Below, piece after piece: positions 13,235 to 26,609 of a stretch of DNA of 64,000 bases. The DNA is taken from contig NC_042998.1 in assembly GCF_006345805.1 (NCBI RefSeq), positions 33,728,001 to 33,792,000 of the forward strand, given 5' to 3'. A program made the translations under genes and the position numbers. This stretch comes from Octopus sinensis (taxonomy: Eukaryota). The number at the start of each line of letters is the position of its first letter. Positions within the stretch are counted from its first letter, which is position 1. Under the pieces are notes generated by a model, which was given only the letters and a program-made list of their open reading frames with translations, was not told where the DNA came from and searched no databases.

Positions 13235-14432
13235 GCAGAGGTGGCCGTGTGGCAAGGAGCTTGCTTATCAACCACATGGTTCCGGGTTCAGTCCCACTGC
13301 GTGGCACCTTGGGCAAGTGTCTTCTACTATAGCCTCGGGCCGACCAAAACCTTGTGAGTGGTTTTAAAACCTTTGGGATTTTTTAAAAGACCTTATGGAT
13401 TTAAAACCTTATGATTTGGTAGACGGAAACTGAAACAAGCCCGTCGTATATATTCGCCGTCCTGTTTGCTTTAACCAATTTTGACCCTCCGTAAAATCCC
13501 AAAATTTTATTTAATTAGCTTAGCAGGAGCAACTGTTTTATCGAAAGCGTATATTGTTGTTAAATGCTCGAAATACGAGACAAGAAAAACAGCCAACAAC
13601 TGATAAAGGCTCGTTCTTTATGTTGTTTGTCTTGTTTTCCATTTGTGTCTTTCGTTGTTCGAAAAAATACTTCATATTCCATGTAGTCGTACTTCGTATT
13701 TTTTTTTTGTTGTACACGTTTCGTGACGTCCTGTGCCCACATATGCATATGTATTTACGTATAGATGTATGTACATATACGTATGTATATATGCATGTAT
13801 ATATATTATTTATATTATATATGTATATATGTGTGTGCATGTTTGTGTATCTGTTTGCCCTCCCCTCCACCATCGCTTGACAACCGATGCTGGTGTGTTT
13901 ACGTCCCCGTAACTTAGCGGTTCGGCAAACAGGCCGATAGAATAAGTACTAGACTTACAAAGAATAAGTCCTGGGGTCGATTTGCTCGACTAAAAGGCGA
14001 TGCTACAGCATGACCGCAGTCGAATGACTGAAATAAGTAAAAGAATGAAAGAAGAAAGTGTTTGTATATGTAAATTGTGTGTGGCTGTGTGGTAAATAGC
14101 TTGTTTACCAACCACATGGTTCCGGGTTCAGTCCCACTGCGTGGCACCTTGGGCAAGTGTCTTCTACTATAGCCTCGGGCCGACCAAAGCCCGTCGTATA
14201 TATGTATATATATATGTATGCGTGTGTGTGTTTGTGTGTCTGTGTTTGTCCCCCTAGCATTGCTTGACAACCGATGCTGGTATGTTTATGTCCCCGTTAC
14301 TTAGCGGTTCGGCAAAAGAGACCGATAGAATAAGTACTGGGCTTACAAAAGAATAAGTCCCGGGGTCGAGTTGCTCGATTAAAGGCAGTGCTCCAGCATG
14401 GCCGCAGTCAAATGACTGAAACAAGTAAAAGG
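13235..14432 (+). mobile_element. Two family B SINEs (interrupted 13235-14050; intact 14085-14432)
   Basis: Family B head and tail motifs. Confidence 0.8.
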
Positions 14433-14654
14433 GTAAAAGAGAGAGAGAGTGTGTGTGTGTATGTGAGGATATTTTCTCGCACTAGTGTATGTATGGAGAA
14501 AACTTCTCGGCATTCCACCATCACGCCCTCTTCCTCGCTATTTCCATCATCATCATCATTAGCATCATAACCGGCAACCACACTTACCGGCATCGCCCTC
14601 TCCACCATCACGCCACCACTGCTATCATCTCCCAAACTGCTGCTACGTGGTTAT

Positions 14655-15140
14655 CAGATCTGCTAGAAATAACAACCAAATCTCCCTTAAATCACTCTCT
14701 GTTATCTTTGAGGTGGGGGAGAAAAGAACCCATTGAATAATGTGGTAGTTCTTGATTTCCTGCACATAGGGAATGGTGGGATAGCCACGGCTAGAACGCT
14801 TTTGATCATAGGTCTACTTGATTATGACTAACTTGGAGCTCAGCAATACAACCAAAAACCATGGAGTCACTACATTAACCTGCTAGAAATCGTAGATTAA
14901 TTCACCTCCAATCCACACTACACTGCATGGGATAAAGTACTCGTTATATTCCCACAAAACATAAAGGATGGTCATGGCTAGAACGTCATCAGTCAAGCGT
15001 TGCTAGGAACTTGGTTTACCTGGGGTTAAACAACAACAGCAGCAGCAGTAGCACGAATATCCAGGATACCCTGATGTGGTCATAGGCGCTGCTAGAAATA
15101 GCAGTCAAACTTTTCTTCAGTTCATGACTGCTTATCGTCT
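14655..15140 (+). repeat. Three degenerate units of a CTGCTAGAAAT…GGGGTTAAACAACAAC repeat (others ~17714-17875 +, ~25200-25330 -, ~29510-29630 -, ~47040-47110 -, ~61400-61495 +)
   Basis: Recurring CTGCTAGAAATA…AAATCTCCCT, TTTGATCATAGGTC and (CAA)n tail; looks like a retroposon 3' end. Confidence 0.6.
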
Positions 15141-15159
15141 GCAATAAGAAATGGAGAGA

Positions 15160-15310
15160 CAAGGCGGTGACCTGGCAGAAACGTTAGCATTCCGGGCGAA
15201 ATGCTCAGTGGTGTTTCGTCTGCCGCTACGTTCTGAGTTCAAATTCCGCAGAGGTCGACTTTGCCGTTCATCCTTTCGGGGTCAATAGATTAAGCACCAG
15301 TTGCGTGTGA
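15160..15310 (+). mobile_element. SINE family A, 3'-truncated (another copy ~56095-56255 -)
   Basis: Head and body only. Confidence 0.75.
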
Positions 15311-15560
15311 CACCTAGGCCAAGTACTTTCAACTGTAGCCTCAGGGTGACCAATGGTAGTATGTATGTATGTATGTATGTATGTATGTATGTATGTATGT
15401 ATGTATGTATGTATGTATGTATGTATGTATGTATGTATGTATGTATGTATGTATGTATGTATAGTGAATCAAAGCAAAGAAGAACAAACAAAAAACAATA
15501 ACGTGAGGACGTGGTACAAGTACTGTATCATCAGACGCTCAGAAAAGGAAGGAAAGAGGA

Positions 15561-15593
15561 TTTAACGTTTCGAGCCAAGCTCTTCGTCAGAAA
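15561..15593 (-). ncRNA. Minimal hammerhead fold, family 1
   Basis: Reverse complement reads TTT-CTGACGA-A-GAGC(TTG)GCTC-GAAAC-GTT-AAA. Confidence 0.5.
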
Positions 15594-15711
15594 AAGAGAA
15601 GGAAAGTACAAAGAAAGGGAGACGGACGGCGGAAGGAAAATCACCAACGATACACTTGAAATACATATCTCTCTCTCTCTCGCTCTCTCTCTCTATTATA
15701 ATATATATATA

Positions 15712-15751
<40 letters not shown>

Positions 15752-15817
15752 TATATATTATATATATATATATATACATACATATGTATACACACACACA
15801 CACATATATATATATGT

Positions 15818-16188
15818 AGTCTTTTACGTGTTTCAGTTATTTGACTGCGGCCATGCTGGAGCACCGCCTTTAGTCGAACAAATCGACCCCAGGACCTATT
15901 CTTTGTAAGCCTAGTACTTGTTCTTTAGGGCTCTTTTGCTGAACCGCTAAGTTACGCGGACGTAAAAACACCAACATCGGTTATCAAGCGATGGTGGGAG
16001 GGACAAACACACACACACAGGACAGGCTTCTTTCAGTTTCCGTCTACAAAATCCACTCACAAGGATTTGGTCTACCCGAGGTTATAGTAGAAGACACATG
16101 CCCAATGTGCCACGCAGTGGGACTGAACCCGGAACCATGTGTGGTTGGGAAGCAAGCTTCTTACCACACAGCCACTCCTGCGCCCATG
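15818..16188 (-). mobile_element. SINE family B
   Basis: Family B head and tail motifs. Confidence 0.8.
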
Positions 16189-16478
16189 TGTCCTACCACC
16201 GCTTTTATAGCCGCTGTTGGTGTGTTTATGTTCCCATGACTTAGCAGTTCAGCTAAGAATGAAAATGGTAGAATGAGCATCAGACTTTAAAAATATAAGT
16301 ACTGAGATCGATTCATTCGTCCACAGTTTGCTCAAGACAGTGCTCCAGCATGGACCCAGTCTAATCACTAAAGCAAGAAAAGATGTACTCAGAAGTAAAC
16401 TCAGAAAATGTACTCAGAAATTTATTCACCCGCCATACTTTGACAAGAAATCAAAGGTCTACCCTTTTCTTTTTTTAA

Positions 16479-16737
16479 TTCCTTAATCAGGGTCGAAAGG
16501 CGCTGCCCATGACCTTTTACGGGAGCTCTGAAGCTCCTGTGACATTTTTCAGGAGCTCCGAAGACAGGAAGTTGTCCTTACATTGAATACCTGGTCCCAC
16601 AGAGCAGAATCCAACGACTGAGTCCGCCTCCCAAATAGGATGCGGCAGGATTCGAACTCATAATGCAGAGAGCCACTACGAACATCGCAAGAAGTCCGAT
16701 GATGTTCTAACGATTCTGCCAGTCAGCAACCTCTGGT
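16479..16737 (-). mobile_element. SINE family E (tRNA-like head)
   Basis: Reverse complement CTGGCAGAATCGTTAG…GAGTTCGAATCCTGCC followed by a distinct body. Confidence 0.6.
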
Positions 16738-16973
16738 CTGGTCCTGTATTTATTTATTTATTTATTCATTTATTTATTTATCAACCCCGGAAAATGAAAA
16801 ACAATGCTGACATGGCTGGATTTGAAACCAAAACGTAACCAACCGAAACAAATACCGCGGGGTTCTAATGGCTCCGGTGTCTAATGAGATTGCCAATTAT
16901 CTAAGACGGTTATTAAGACTGAAACATGTCCAGATTTGTTTTCCCTGCTTGCCACAATAATTAAAATAATATT

Positions 16974-17190
16974 GGTTTCAAATTTTAGCACAAAGCCAGC
17001 AAGTTCAGGAGAGAGGGTAAGTCGATTAGATCGACCCCAGTACTCGACGAGTACTTATTTTATCGACCCCGAAATGATAAAAGACAAAGTCGACCTCGGC
17101 AGAATTCGAACTCTGGGCGTAAAAGACGGACGAAATACTGCAAACAATTTCTGCTCAGCGTACGAACGATTCTGTCAGCTCACCGCCTTA
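16974..17190 (-). mobile_element. SINE family A, tail T3
   Basis: Tail …GCTGGCTTTGTGCTAAAATTTGAAACC; 18-bp TSD AATAATTAAAATAATATT. Confidence 0.8.
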
Positions 17191-17224
17191 TTAATAATTA
17201 AAATAATATTAATTATTCTCTAAT

Positions 17225-17460
17225 TTTGTCTTGTATCCACGGCATTATTATTTCTGTGTTTTTTTTTCTTCTTTTTGAAGAATAGGTCGCGGTCTCAAAG
17301 CGACGAAAATATTTTGACAAATTAAATTTAAATGTTGAAGTGAATCTAACGGATATTGGGTGTTTCTTAAATGGCTTATAAACACCTTCCACGCTGCAAT
17401 TGTTTCCGTTCCAGCACACGATCTCACATCAGGGCACTTGCCATGCAAGTACATCTCCGA
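17225..17460. repeat. Unclassified dispersed repeat (second copy ~31560-31822)
   Basis: GGTCGCGGTCT…GCGACGAAAATATTTTGACAAATTAAA…CCAGCACACGATCTCA…CACTTGC(C/T)ATGCAAGTAC shared. Confidence 0.7.
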
Positions 17461-17889
17461 TATTTCTTTCATTAAATATACCAACATATCGATCACCACT
17501 GCCACTATCGCCCTACCACCACCATCGCCAAAACTAGCCCACCACCGCCAGCATCACCACCAACTCCGCCATCACTACCATCATCACAACTACCACCACC
17601 ACCACCACCACCACCACAAACATTACTAGCATCACCACCAGCCCCAACACCCCCATCGCATTCCCTACCACAGCAATTGAGTGACACCAACACCATTCCC
17701 CACCACGAACCAACCTGCTAGGAAAAACAGCTTAATCTCCCTCAAGTAACACTTCACTGCTTTAGAAAAAGGCACGTTGATTAAAATGGTCGTTTTTCTT
17801 GCCCCTGAAAGGAATGCCTTTGATCATGGGTTTACTGGATCAGGGCCGACCTAGGGCCAAACAACAACAAGAACAACATAAACATAAGC

Positions 17890-18050
17890 ACAGGCGTGGC
17901 TGTGTAGTTAGAAGTTTGTTTCCCGACCACATGGTTCCGGGGTTCAGTCCCACTGCGTGGCACCTCTGACAAGTGTTTTCTACTATAGCCTTGGGCCGAC
18001 CAAAGTCTTGTGAGTGGATTTGGTAGACGGAGACTGAAAGTAGCCCGTCG

Positions 18051-18087
<37 letters not shown>

Positions 18088-18265
18088 AACTGGTTGTCAA
18101 CTGGTGTTGGCGTGTTTACGTCCCCATAACATAGCGGTTCGGCAAAACAGAGCGACGGAATAAGTACCTAGCTTGTAAAAAAAAAATAAGCTCTTCGACT
18201 GAACATTCTTCAAGGCGGTGCCCCAGCATGGCCGCAGTCTAAATGACTGAAACAAGTAAAAGATA
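17890..18265 (+). mobile_element. SINE family B
   Basis: Family B head and tail motifs. Confidence 0.8.
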
Positions 18266-19274
18266 CAAGATAAAAAATTGTTCCAGCAGTGGTAAGCATC
18301 CCTAAACTCCACCGCCACCACTGTCATAAATAACCACCACCACCACCATGAACATAAGCTCAACAACCAATAACCACCACTCAAACGCCACCACCACTTC
18401 CACAGCCACACAAAATCCCATCACTGATACCACCGCCAAAACAAAAAAGAAGAAAAAAAAAAAGCTTAAACTCAACCAACAGTAACCCCCACTTAACGCC
18501 ACCAAAGCCGCCGCCACCACCAGCGCCACCATCGCCGCCGCCGCCGCCACTTCTTCAATCTCCTCCAACCACCCACCTCCGCACAAACCGCCACCAGCTC
18601 CTCCACACACACGCACCTACACTCCTCCCCGCCGCCGTCACCTCCTTACAAACGTGCGGGTCGACGCTCATTGGTATAAATAGCATTGTCCAATAGAATA
18701 ATAGCGAGCTTTTAATTCAGCAGCGGCAAGCGTGGGAAAAAAACTGTCGATGGAAGAAGATGAACAATAATAACAAGAACAAGAACATGAAGAAATAGAA
18801 CTAAAATAACAAGAAGAAGAAAAAAGAAGTAAAAGAAGTAAAAGAAAGAAAAGAAAAAGGAAAACAAGCAAACCGCAAACCATCAAACGCTTCCACATAC
18901 ATACATACATACATACATACATACATACATACATACATACATACATACATACATACATACGTACATACATACATGCATACATACATACATACATACATAT
19001 ACTATATAAGTTGTGGTGCGGGGTGGCGGTGAAAAACGCCTTCCCAGGCGAAGTGAAAGAAGGATAAGGGGATACGCGAAAAGAAAGATGTAAATAAAAA
19101 AAAAAGAAAACAAAATAAATAAGAATAAAATCACAAAATGAAGTAAGACGAAATGGGGTGGGCACGAAAGACTTAAGCAAGTGTCCCTTTTTCTGTTCGT
19201 CTAGATTTTGCCCGAGGTTGTGTTTGTTTGAAAAGTGAACAGAAATTCCAATATGCAAGTCATCAGCTTGAACG

Positions 19275-19310
<36 letters not shown>

Positions 19311-19314
19311 GCGT

Positions 19315-19348
<34 letters not shown>

Positions 19349-19581
19349 TGCATGTAAGGGAGCGCGTGTGTGTAGAAATGGAAATTGGGTGAAAACGAAA
19401 CTAAAGTTGAAATATATTAACAAAGAGCAGAAGAAGAAAAAAAAAACTCCTAATTTAAAGCAGTGTCTGGGAGTGAGGGACAGATAGAGAGACAGAGAGA
19501 CAGACAGACAGACAGAGAGAACGAGAGAGAGAGAGAGACAAAGAGTGAACGAGAGACAGACAGACAGACAAACAGAAGACA

Positions 19582-19628
<47 letters not shown>

Positions 19629-19796
19629 GTAATAGATATAGCATGCTGTTAAAGCATTTGGAATGAGAGAGAGAGAGAAACAGAGAGAGAGAGATGGGGA
19701 AGAAGTAGTATGTAAGATAGATAGATAAACAGAGATAGATAGATAGATACATAGATACATAGATAGAATAACACAGCCAAAGAGTGAGAAGTAGAT

Positions 19797-19905
<109 letters not shown>

Positions 19906-20243
19906 CATGCATATATATATACAAACATACATACACACGCAAAACTTACATAATACACGTACACACACGAAGACATACACATACACACATGTTATGCCTG
20001 TCTGTATACAAAACAACGTGGGACAGAAAAACTGACAGCAGAAAGACTCGGTTATAAAACAGAAAAACCACAAAAATATTTTATAAGATATTTACAGACG
20101 CACAAATAGTTTTTTTTTTATTTTTTATTTCTTCTATCGTTTACTCGTTTCTGTCATTTACAAAGTGGCCATGCTGGGGCATCGTCTTGAAGAATTTTAG
20201 TCGAACAAATTGACCACAGCACTTATTATTTAAGCCTCGTACA

Positions 20244-20686
20244 GGATCTTTTCGGTTTGAACGGCAGTTTTTTTTCTAGCGGTGTCATATGAAATTGTCA
20301 CCCATAATTATGACCCTAGTATCGATCTATTGCATTTCAGTCTGTTTTAGGATTAGGGTTAGTTAGGGTTAGGGGTAGGATTAGGGGTGGGGGGAAGGGT
20401 ATCTTTTTTCTTCACAAATGTAAATAAACCCAATTTGTTTTCTTAACGAGGGACATATTCATACCGGCACAGATGTTTTTGTTTACTTCAATAGACGTCA
20501 TTGATTGGTTGAAATTGCAGAAATTGAAGAAAAAAACAACAAATATCTTACAAACTATAGAATTTTCTCAAGAAAGCCAAGAGAAAAAGATGTTTTATAA
20601 ACACATTCTACCAGTATACGAAGTTTAAAAGTGTTTAGTTACGTGGAAATTATTTTTAAAAACTGCTGTTCAAACCGAAAAGATCC
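20244..20686. mobile_element. Merlin-like MITE containing TTAGGG-like repeats, inserted in a SINE
   Basis: 29-bp TIRs (28/29 identical) starting GGATC; perfect 8-bp TSD CTCGTACA. GG-start TIRs with 8-9-bp TSD fit the Merlin superfamily. Confidence 0.7.
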
Positions 20687-20797
20687 CTCGTACATATTCT
20701 ATCGATGTGTTTGCCGAACCGCTAATTTACTGAGACGTATTCATACCAGTTGTCGAATGATAATGGAAGACAAGCACAGATATAAAGCCACACGCAC

Positions 20798-20828
<31 letters not shown>

Positions 20829-21669
20829 CGCGCGCGCGCAGAAGTGACTGTATAGTAAGAAGCATTCCGGGTTCAATCCTACTCCGTGGCACCTTGGGCA
20901 AGTGTTTTCTACAATAGCCTCGGGTCATCAAAAGCCTTGTGAGTGGATTTGGTAGACGGAAACTGAAAGAAGCCCTTGTATATATATAATATAATATATA
21001 TTATATATATATGAAAAAAGGTTTGAAAATGCAATTTAAACGATGTTTATTTACTTAACCGGTTCACTCTTTGGTAAAAGATTGTCAAAGGTACATTGAA
21101 TATTATGGGTTCAAAAAAAGTTTTTTACATAATTGTCACATTGATATTATGAATTCAAAAATGTTTTTTTATACATACTTGTCACATTAATGTAAACTAC
21201 AAAATGTATAAATATAGTATAAAAAAGTTCAATAGTATGATGAGAATATTTGGAAAAATTGGCAGAAAAGAATAAAACAAATATATTATGTGGAAATTTG
21301 GTTGCGTTAATTATGGTTGTCGCAAATGTCACATTACATGTATATATATACAGTCTTTGGTAGAAATGACATGTTAAAGACATAAGGAATGTAATAGTTT
21401 GTGTGAGAAAGCTTGTAATATTGACAGAGAAAATTAAAATGGATATTTTAGACATCTCAGAATATTTTGAATCGAAGGCGAGAATTTGTTTTTTTACTGA
21501 CCTGTTTGTTTAGCAGACAGTTGAATTGAGAGAAAAAAAGATATGTACCCAGTTTGGTTTATACTTCCCCTTCAAGCATCAGTGATTTTGGGGTTATTGG
21601 GAGGTGAGTAGATGCGGTGTGAATAGATTGTGTCCCGTGTGCCGCTGGTCAGACAGCGTCTGTTTGTCA

Positions 21670-22256
21670 CACACATATATACACACACACAACAACAATA
21701 CACACACACATAGTATACACACACACACCACATACACCAACACACACACACAGAACACACACACACAAAACGCACCACATATATAATATATACACACAGC
21801 ACACAAATATAACATGTATTTATTATAATATACACACATATATAACACATACACACACAACCCACACACCCACACACCACCACACCACACCATATATACA
21901 TATAAATATCACACAAATGCATGCAATATACATACGCAATACATACATATATAGTATATATAATATAGAAATGCATATACATATATACATATATACATAT
22001 AATAGTGTTTACATACACATACATAGATATACCACATATACACACAATATACATACATACAATGCATACACATACACGTACGCATACATATTTTTTCACA
22101 CACATACACACACATATATATATAAAATTCACACACACACCCACACACACAAAATACAAACCTATAGCGTACACACTCAAATATATCTCTACATACCGCA
22201 CACACACACAAACAATGTACTCACATATACACACATACCATGCATATACACACACA

Positions 22257-22299
<43 letters not shown>

Positions 22300-22562
22300 C
22301 AAATACACATGTAAATACATACACACGTACACAATGCTCACACACACACACACACATACACACACACACGCACACAGTGCACACACACACACACATATAT
22401 ACACACACGTGCACACACACACACAACGCGCGCACACACACACCACATACACACACGCACACAGTGCACACACACACACACACACATACATATACACACG
22501 CGCACACACACACACACACAACGTGCACACTCACACACACACACACAACACTCACACACACA

Positions 22563-22612
<50 letters not shown>
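21670..22612. repeat. Compound CA/TA microsatellite mosaic
   Basis: Direct reading; source of several spurious ORFs. Confidence 0.95.
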
Positions 22613-22615
<3 letters not shown>

Positions 22616-23012
22616 CAGCGAGCTGGCAGACACTTAGCGCGCCGGGCGAAATGCTTAGCGGTATTTCGTCTGCGTTCAAATTCCGCCGAGGTCGACTTTG
22701 CCTTTCATCCCTTCGGGGTCGAAAAATTAAGTACCAGTTACGAACTGGGGTCGATGTAATCGACTTAATACCTATGTGTGTCCTTGTTTATTCCCTCTGT
22801 GTTTAGCCCCTTGTGGGTAATAAAGAAATAGGTATTTCGTCTGCCGTTACGTTCTTAGTTCAAATTCCGCCGAGGTCGACTTTGCCTTTCATCCTTTCGG
22901 GGTCGATAAATTAAGTACCAGTTACGCACTGGGGTCGATGTAATCGACTTAATCCCTTTGTCTGTCCTTGTTTGTCCCCTCTATGTTTAGCCCCTTGTGG
23001 GCAATAAAGAAA
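22613..23012 (+). mobile_element. SINE family A (tRNA-like head), tail T1, dimer
   Basis: GCGAGCTGGCAGA…GAGTTCAAATTCC head; second unit begins GGTATTTCG at 22831. Confidence 0.85.
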
Positions 23013-23064
<52 letters not shown>

Positions 23065-23385
23065 ATATGTATATATATATATGTATGTATGTATTTGTGT
23101 GCCTGTGTTTGGCCACCATCGCTTGACAACCAATGCTGGTGTGTTTACGTCCCCGTAACCAAAGCGTTCACCAAAAAAGAGGGACAGAATAAGTAGTAGG
23201 CTTACAAAGAATAAGTCCTGGGATCGATTCGTTCCACTTAAAGGCGGTGTTCCAGCATGGCCGTGGTCAAATGACTTAAACAAGTAAAAGAATTATAAAA
23301 AACAAGAGAATACACACACACCACACACACACACACACATATTATATATATATATATATATATTTGACACTGAATTATTGGAAGT

Positions 23386-23428
23386 CCACCTGAAGATTGT
23401 CGATCAAGACAAGAAACGATTGTAGTGG
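23386..23428 (+). ncRNA. Minimal type I hammerhead ribozyme fold with canonical core
   Basis: CCAC-CTGAAGA-TTGTC(GATCAA)GACAA-GAAAC(GATT)GTA-GTGG: 4-bp stem I, CUGANGA, 5-bp stem II, GAAA, 2-bp stem III with tetraloop, GUA cleavage triplet (predicted cut after 23424). Confidence 0.75.
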
Positions 23429-23597
23429 CGGTTTTTTTGACTATTTATTAAAATTTTATGTATTGATTAAGTCTTTCCTTGTTTGTTTTGCAAAATAGTG
23501 GTTTTGTCTCTAATAATATTTTATAATATTTTACTATAAAATTGGATTTAATCCTAAATCTGATTTTTTCCCTGTAAATTTGGATTTATCCCTAATA

Positions 23598-23665
<68 letters not shown>

Positions 23666-24536
23666 TAAAAGGAGACAAGAAGTGGAACGAACGACGAATC
23701 GAAACGAACCCGACGCGAGGCGTGTCAGACAATAATGTAATAAATAAAAATATATGCATACATACAAACATATATGTACGTACCTACATCTACATGTATA
23801 TATAAGTACATGCATATATAAGTAAATATACGTGAGTACAGGACACCACAACAAGTCGTAGAAACGGAAAAAACAAAAATTTACAAGAAAACAAGTACAG
23901 GACAAGCTACATAAGGAAAAATCCACCGTCATCAGCTGTCGCTAGTTAAACTCAAGCGTGTTTCGAAGGCAAGACAGGACACCTCGTCAACTAGGCCTTC
24001 CTGCGAGAGAATATATATATAAAAGTACAGGCGTGGCTGTGTGGTAAGAATTTTGCTGCTCGGCCTCAAGATTCCGGGTTCGATCCCACCACGTAGCACC
24101 TTGGGCAAGAGGCTTCTACTATAGCTTCAGCTTGACAAAAACCTTGTGAGTAGATTTTGTTGACACAGACTGAAAGCCCGTCATGTATATACGAGTATCT
24201 GTGTATGTGTGTTTCTTTGGTTTTGTGCTTTTCTCTGACCATTGCTTAAGAACCGATGTGGTGCCTGAAAAGTTAGACATGTGGTAATGGCATCTTCATG
24301 TAGCCTCATGTTTTAGCCTAACTTTTTTCCAGTTACTTTCACAGCTTAAACCGGTGCCCACTGTGCGTCTGCAGTGGAGACATTTATCAAAATTGTTGGC
24401 TTTATGAGGATGTTATCACACCTAGTATATAAATTTTAGTATTGCCTATAAGGCTGGGGCATATGTTTCAAATTTCCCTCAGACTTTTAGCAGGAGGTGA
24501 AGACAGACAGACAGATAGACAGACAGACAGACAGAC

Positions 24537-24618
<82 letters not shown>

Positions 24619-24995
24619 GTTGTGTATTAGTGCTATTGGTAGCTAGTGGCTTGAAGTTCACCAGGAGGGCGCACCTCTGATGGCAACCATAAGATAGTTC
24701 GTATTTCCTGTTAGTAGATACTGCAGGCTAGTGGAGAATGAGCAGTTTGTCATGGAGGAAATAGATAGACAGACAGACAGACAGACAGAAAAATAGATAG
24801 ATAGATAGATAGATATGTTGGTAGGAACGTACGTAGGTAGATTGTTGGTTGACGCCACCAAAATTAACAATCATATCGTTAAAGGTGCGAAATTGTTATG
24901 ACTTTTGGACGATAATTGAAGAGAGAGAGAGCATGTCCGTGTCTTGTGTGGAAAATTTCCGCGTGTTACTTTGTCATCCTTCTGCGCAATGTTTG

Positions 24996-25041
<46 letters not shown>

Positions 25042-25365
25042 CAAATAAGTATATAGATAGACGTTTGGAGAAAAGGTTTTATAAAGAGAGGGGAGACGAA
25101 GTGAAAAAAGGGAAGAAGATGAGAGAAGAAAGATATGAAAATGAAGGTTGTTGAAAATTAACTGTTGTTTCTATTTAGTACAAGCTCGACTTTAGTCGAG
25201 CCGAAGATGAAAAGCATTCCAGCTGTGACCATCTCTTCTAAGACTAATTTATTTAAAACATTTTCTTATTTAAGACGGTAAGATGCAACTTGGGGTAGAA
25301 GGTTTACCTGTTATTTCTAGCAAATCAAATTAATAAATTAATATACACACAGTATGCAAACTTAA

Positions 25366-25663
25366 GGAGGCGCAATGGCCCACTAGTTAGGGCAGCGGAC
25401 TCGCGGTTGGAGGATCGCGGTTTTGATTGTGTGTGTTTATTGAGAGAAAACACCTAAAAGCTCCACGAGGCTCCGGCAGGTGATGGTGGTGACCCCTGTT
25501 GTACTCTTTCGCCACAACTTTCTCTCCTACAACTTTCTCTCACTCTCTCTTCCTGTTTCTTGAGTCCCGTCCAGCTGGGCGGGGGGGGGACACATACGCC
25601 ATAGAAACCGGGAAACCGGGCCCATGAGCCTGGCTAGGGTTGAAAAGGGCGACGTTTACATTC
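25366..25663 (+). mobile_element. SINE family D (tRNA-like head)
   Basis: 12-bp TSD ATGCAAACTTAA; second copy at 60920-61225 (-). Confidence 0.8.
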
Positions 25664-26609
25664 ATGCAAACTTAAAGTGGAGGTTGTTATTTAGTCTCAA
25701 GTTGGCGCCGATTTAGCATATCTATTGCTAAAGACATTCCAACTGCGACTATCCCTTGTTGTTTCCGGACAGAACGTGCCTCCTTCGACTTCATTGTTTA
25801 AAAATAGATTTGAAGGAGACGTGGTTGATTATTCGAGCAAATCGAGTAACCATGAAGAGGTTTCCGGTTTTCAGTCAAAGTGCCACTGAGGGTGGGCGTG
25901 GGTTACATCAAGAATGTCGGTTTCATAACGCTGAGTAACAATATGTTAGGAATTTGATTAAATATAAAATGGTTCTTAAAATAAATCTGTTTTAACTGAC
26001 ACAGGCTTCTGGGTAGTTTCTTGAAATGCAAGAAATACCGACAACATATCTCTATCTTAAAATTAATTTATTTATTACCCACAAGGGGCCAAGTCTCTGT
26101 TTTAAAATATTAACTTCAAATAGTAACACAAAACCAACAAGTCCAAGGGGCAAGACTTCCTTTTATATCCCTCCTAAAATCCCCGCTTCATTTATTTATT
26201 TATTTAATTATTTATTTATTTAATTCTACACAAACCCCCATTTTCGGCTACGGAGAATACGAATCTGCAAAAAAGAAAATTGGCAAAAATCGGCATTTTG
26301 AAATTAACCCCTCACACTTAATTTCTTCATTTTTTTACTTTTTCACAATTTTTTTTTTTTTTTCAAAATATGCGGAAAAATATGGAGATAATTCTGAAAA
26401 AAATTTCCAAAACTTTTTGTAAAATTTCAATTTTAAAAAATTTACCCCACCCCTCACCCCTCCCTTCACAGTGTACGGCTACTTTTTTCAGAATTCTTTT
26501 CTTTTTCTTTTTTTCAAAATATGCGGAAAAATATGGAGATTATGATTCTGAATAAAAAATTGTCAAAAACTTCCGTCCAAAGTAGTGTGTAAGTCAATTT
26601 CATCGACAC

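Noticed and set aside
16936-17223. Recurring short ORFs such as SNSAEVDFAFHPFGVD, IDPERMKGKVDLG and RSGTEPGTMWL
   Set aside because: Translations of SINE A and SINE B sequence
20347-20393. TTAGGG-like tract as a telomere or fusion remnant
   Set aside because: Short, degenerate, and internal to a TIR- and TSD-bounded transposon
22613-22690. tRNA-like heads as possible tRNA genes (all SINE families)
   Set aside because: A and B boxes are present, but they run into SINE bodies with TSDs and I cannot fold a clean cloverleaf with a standard anticodon arm
21572-22759. Long ORFs of 210-353 aa (also 28419-29265, 53522-54218, 56558-57547, 18668-20073)
   Set aside because: Stop-free translations of CA/TA/ATAC microsatellites (YI, HT, CV, MYVC runs), not genes
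23925-23995. Minus-strand CGAAAC…CAGCTGANGA arrangement (related copy 62470-62520) as a type II hammerhead
   Set aside because: Stem II halves do not pair. The two loci look like a shared repeat family, but no valid fold was found.
26365-26570. ~50-bp direct repeat AAAATATGCGGAAAAATATGGAGA, 150 bp apart (similar ~45-bp tandem at 21093-21190)
   Set aside because: Real duplications, but AT-rich, with no TIR or TSD that I can assign; probably interiors of unclassified DNA elements
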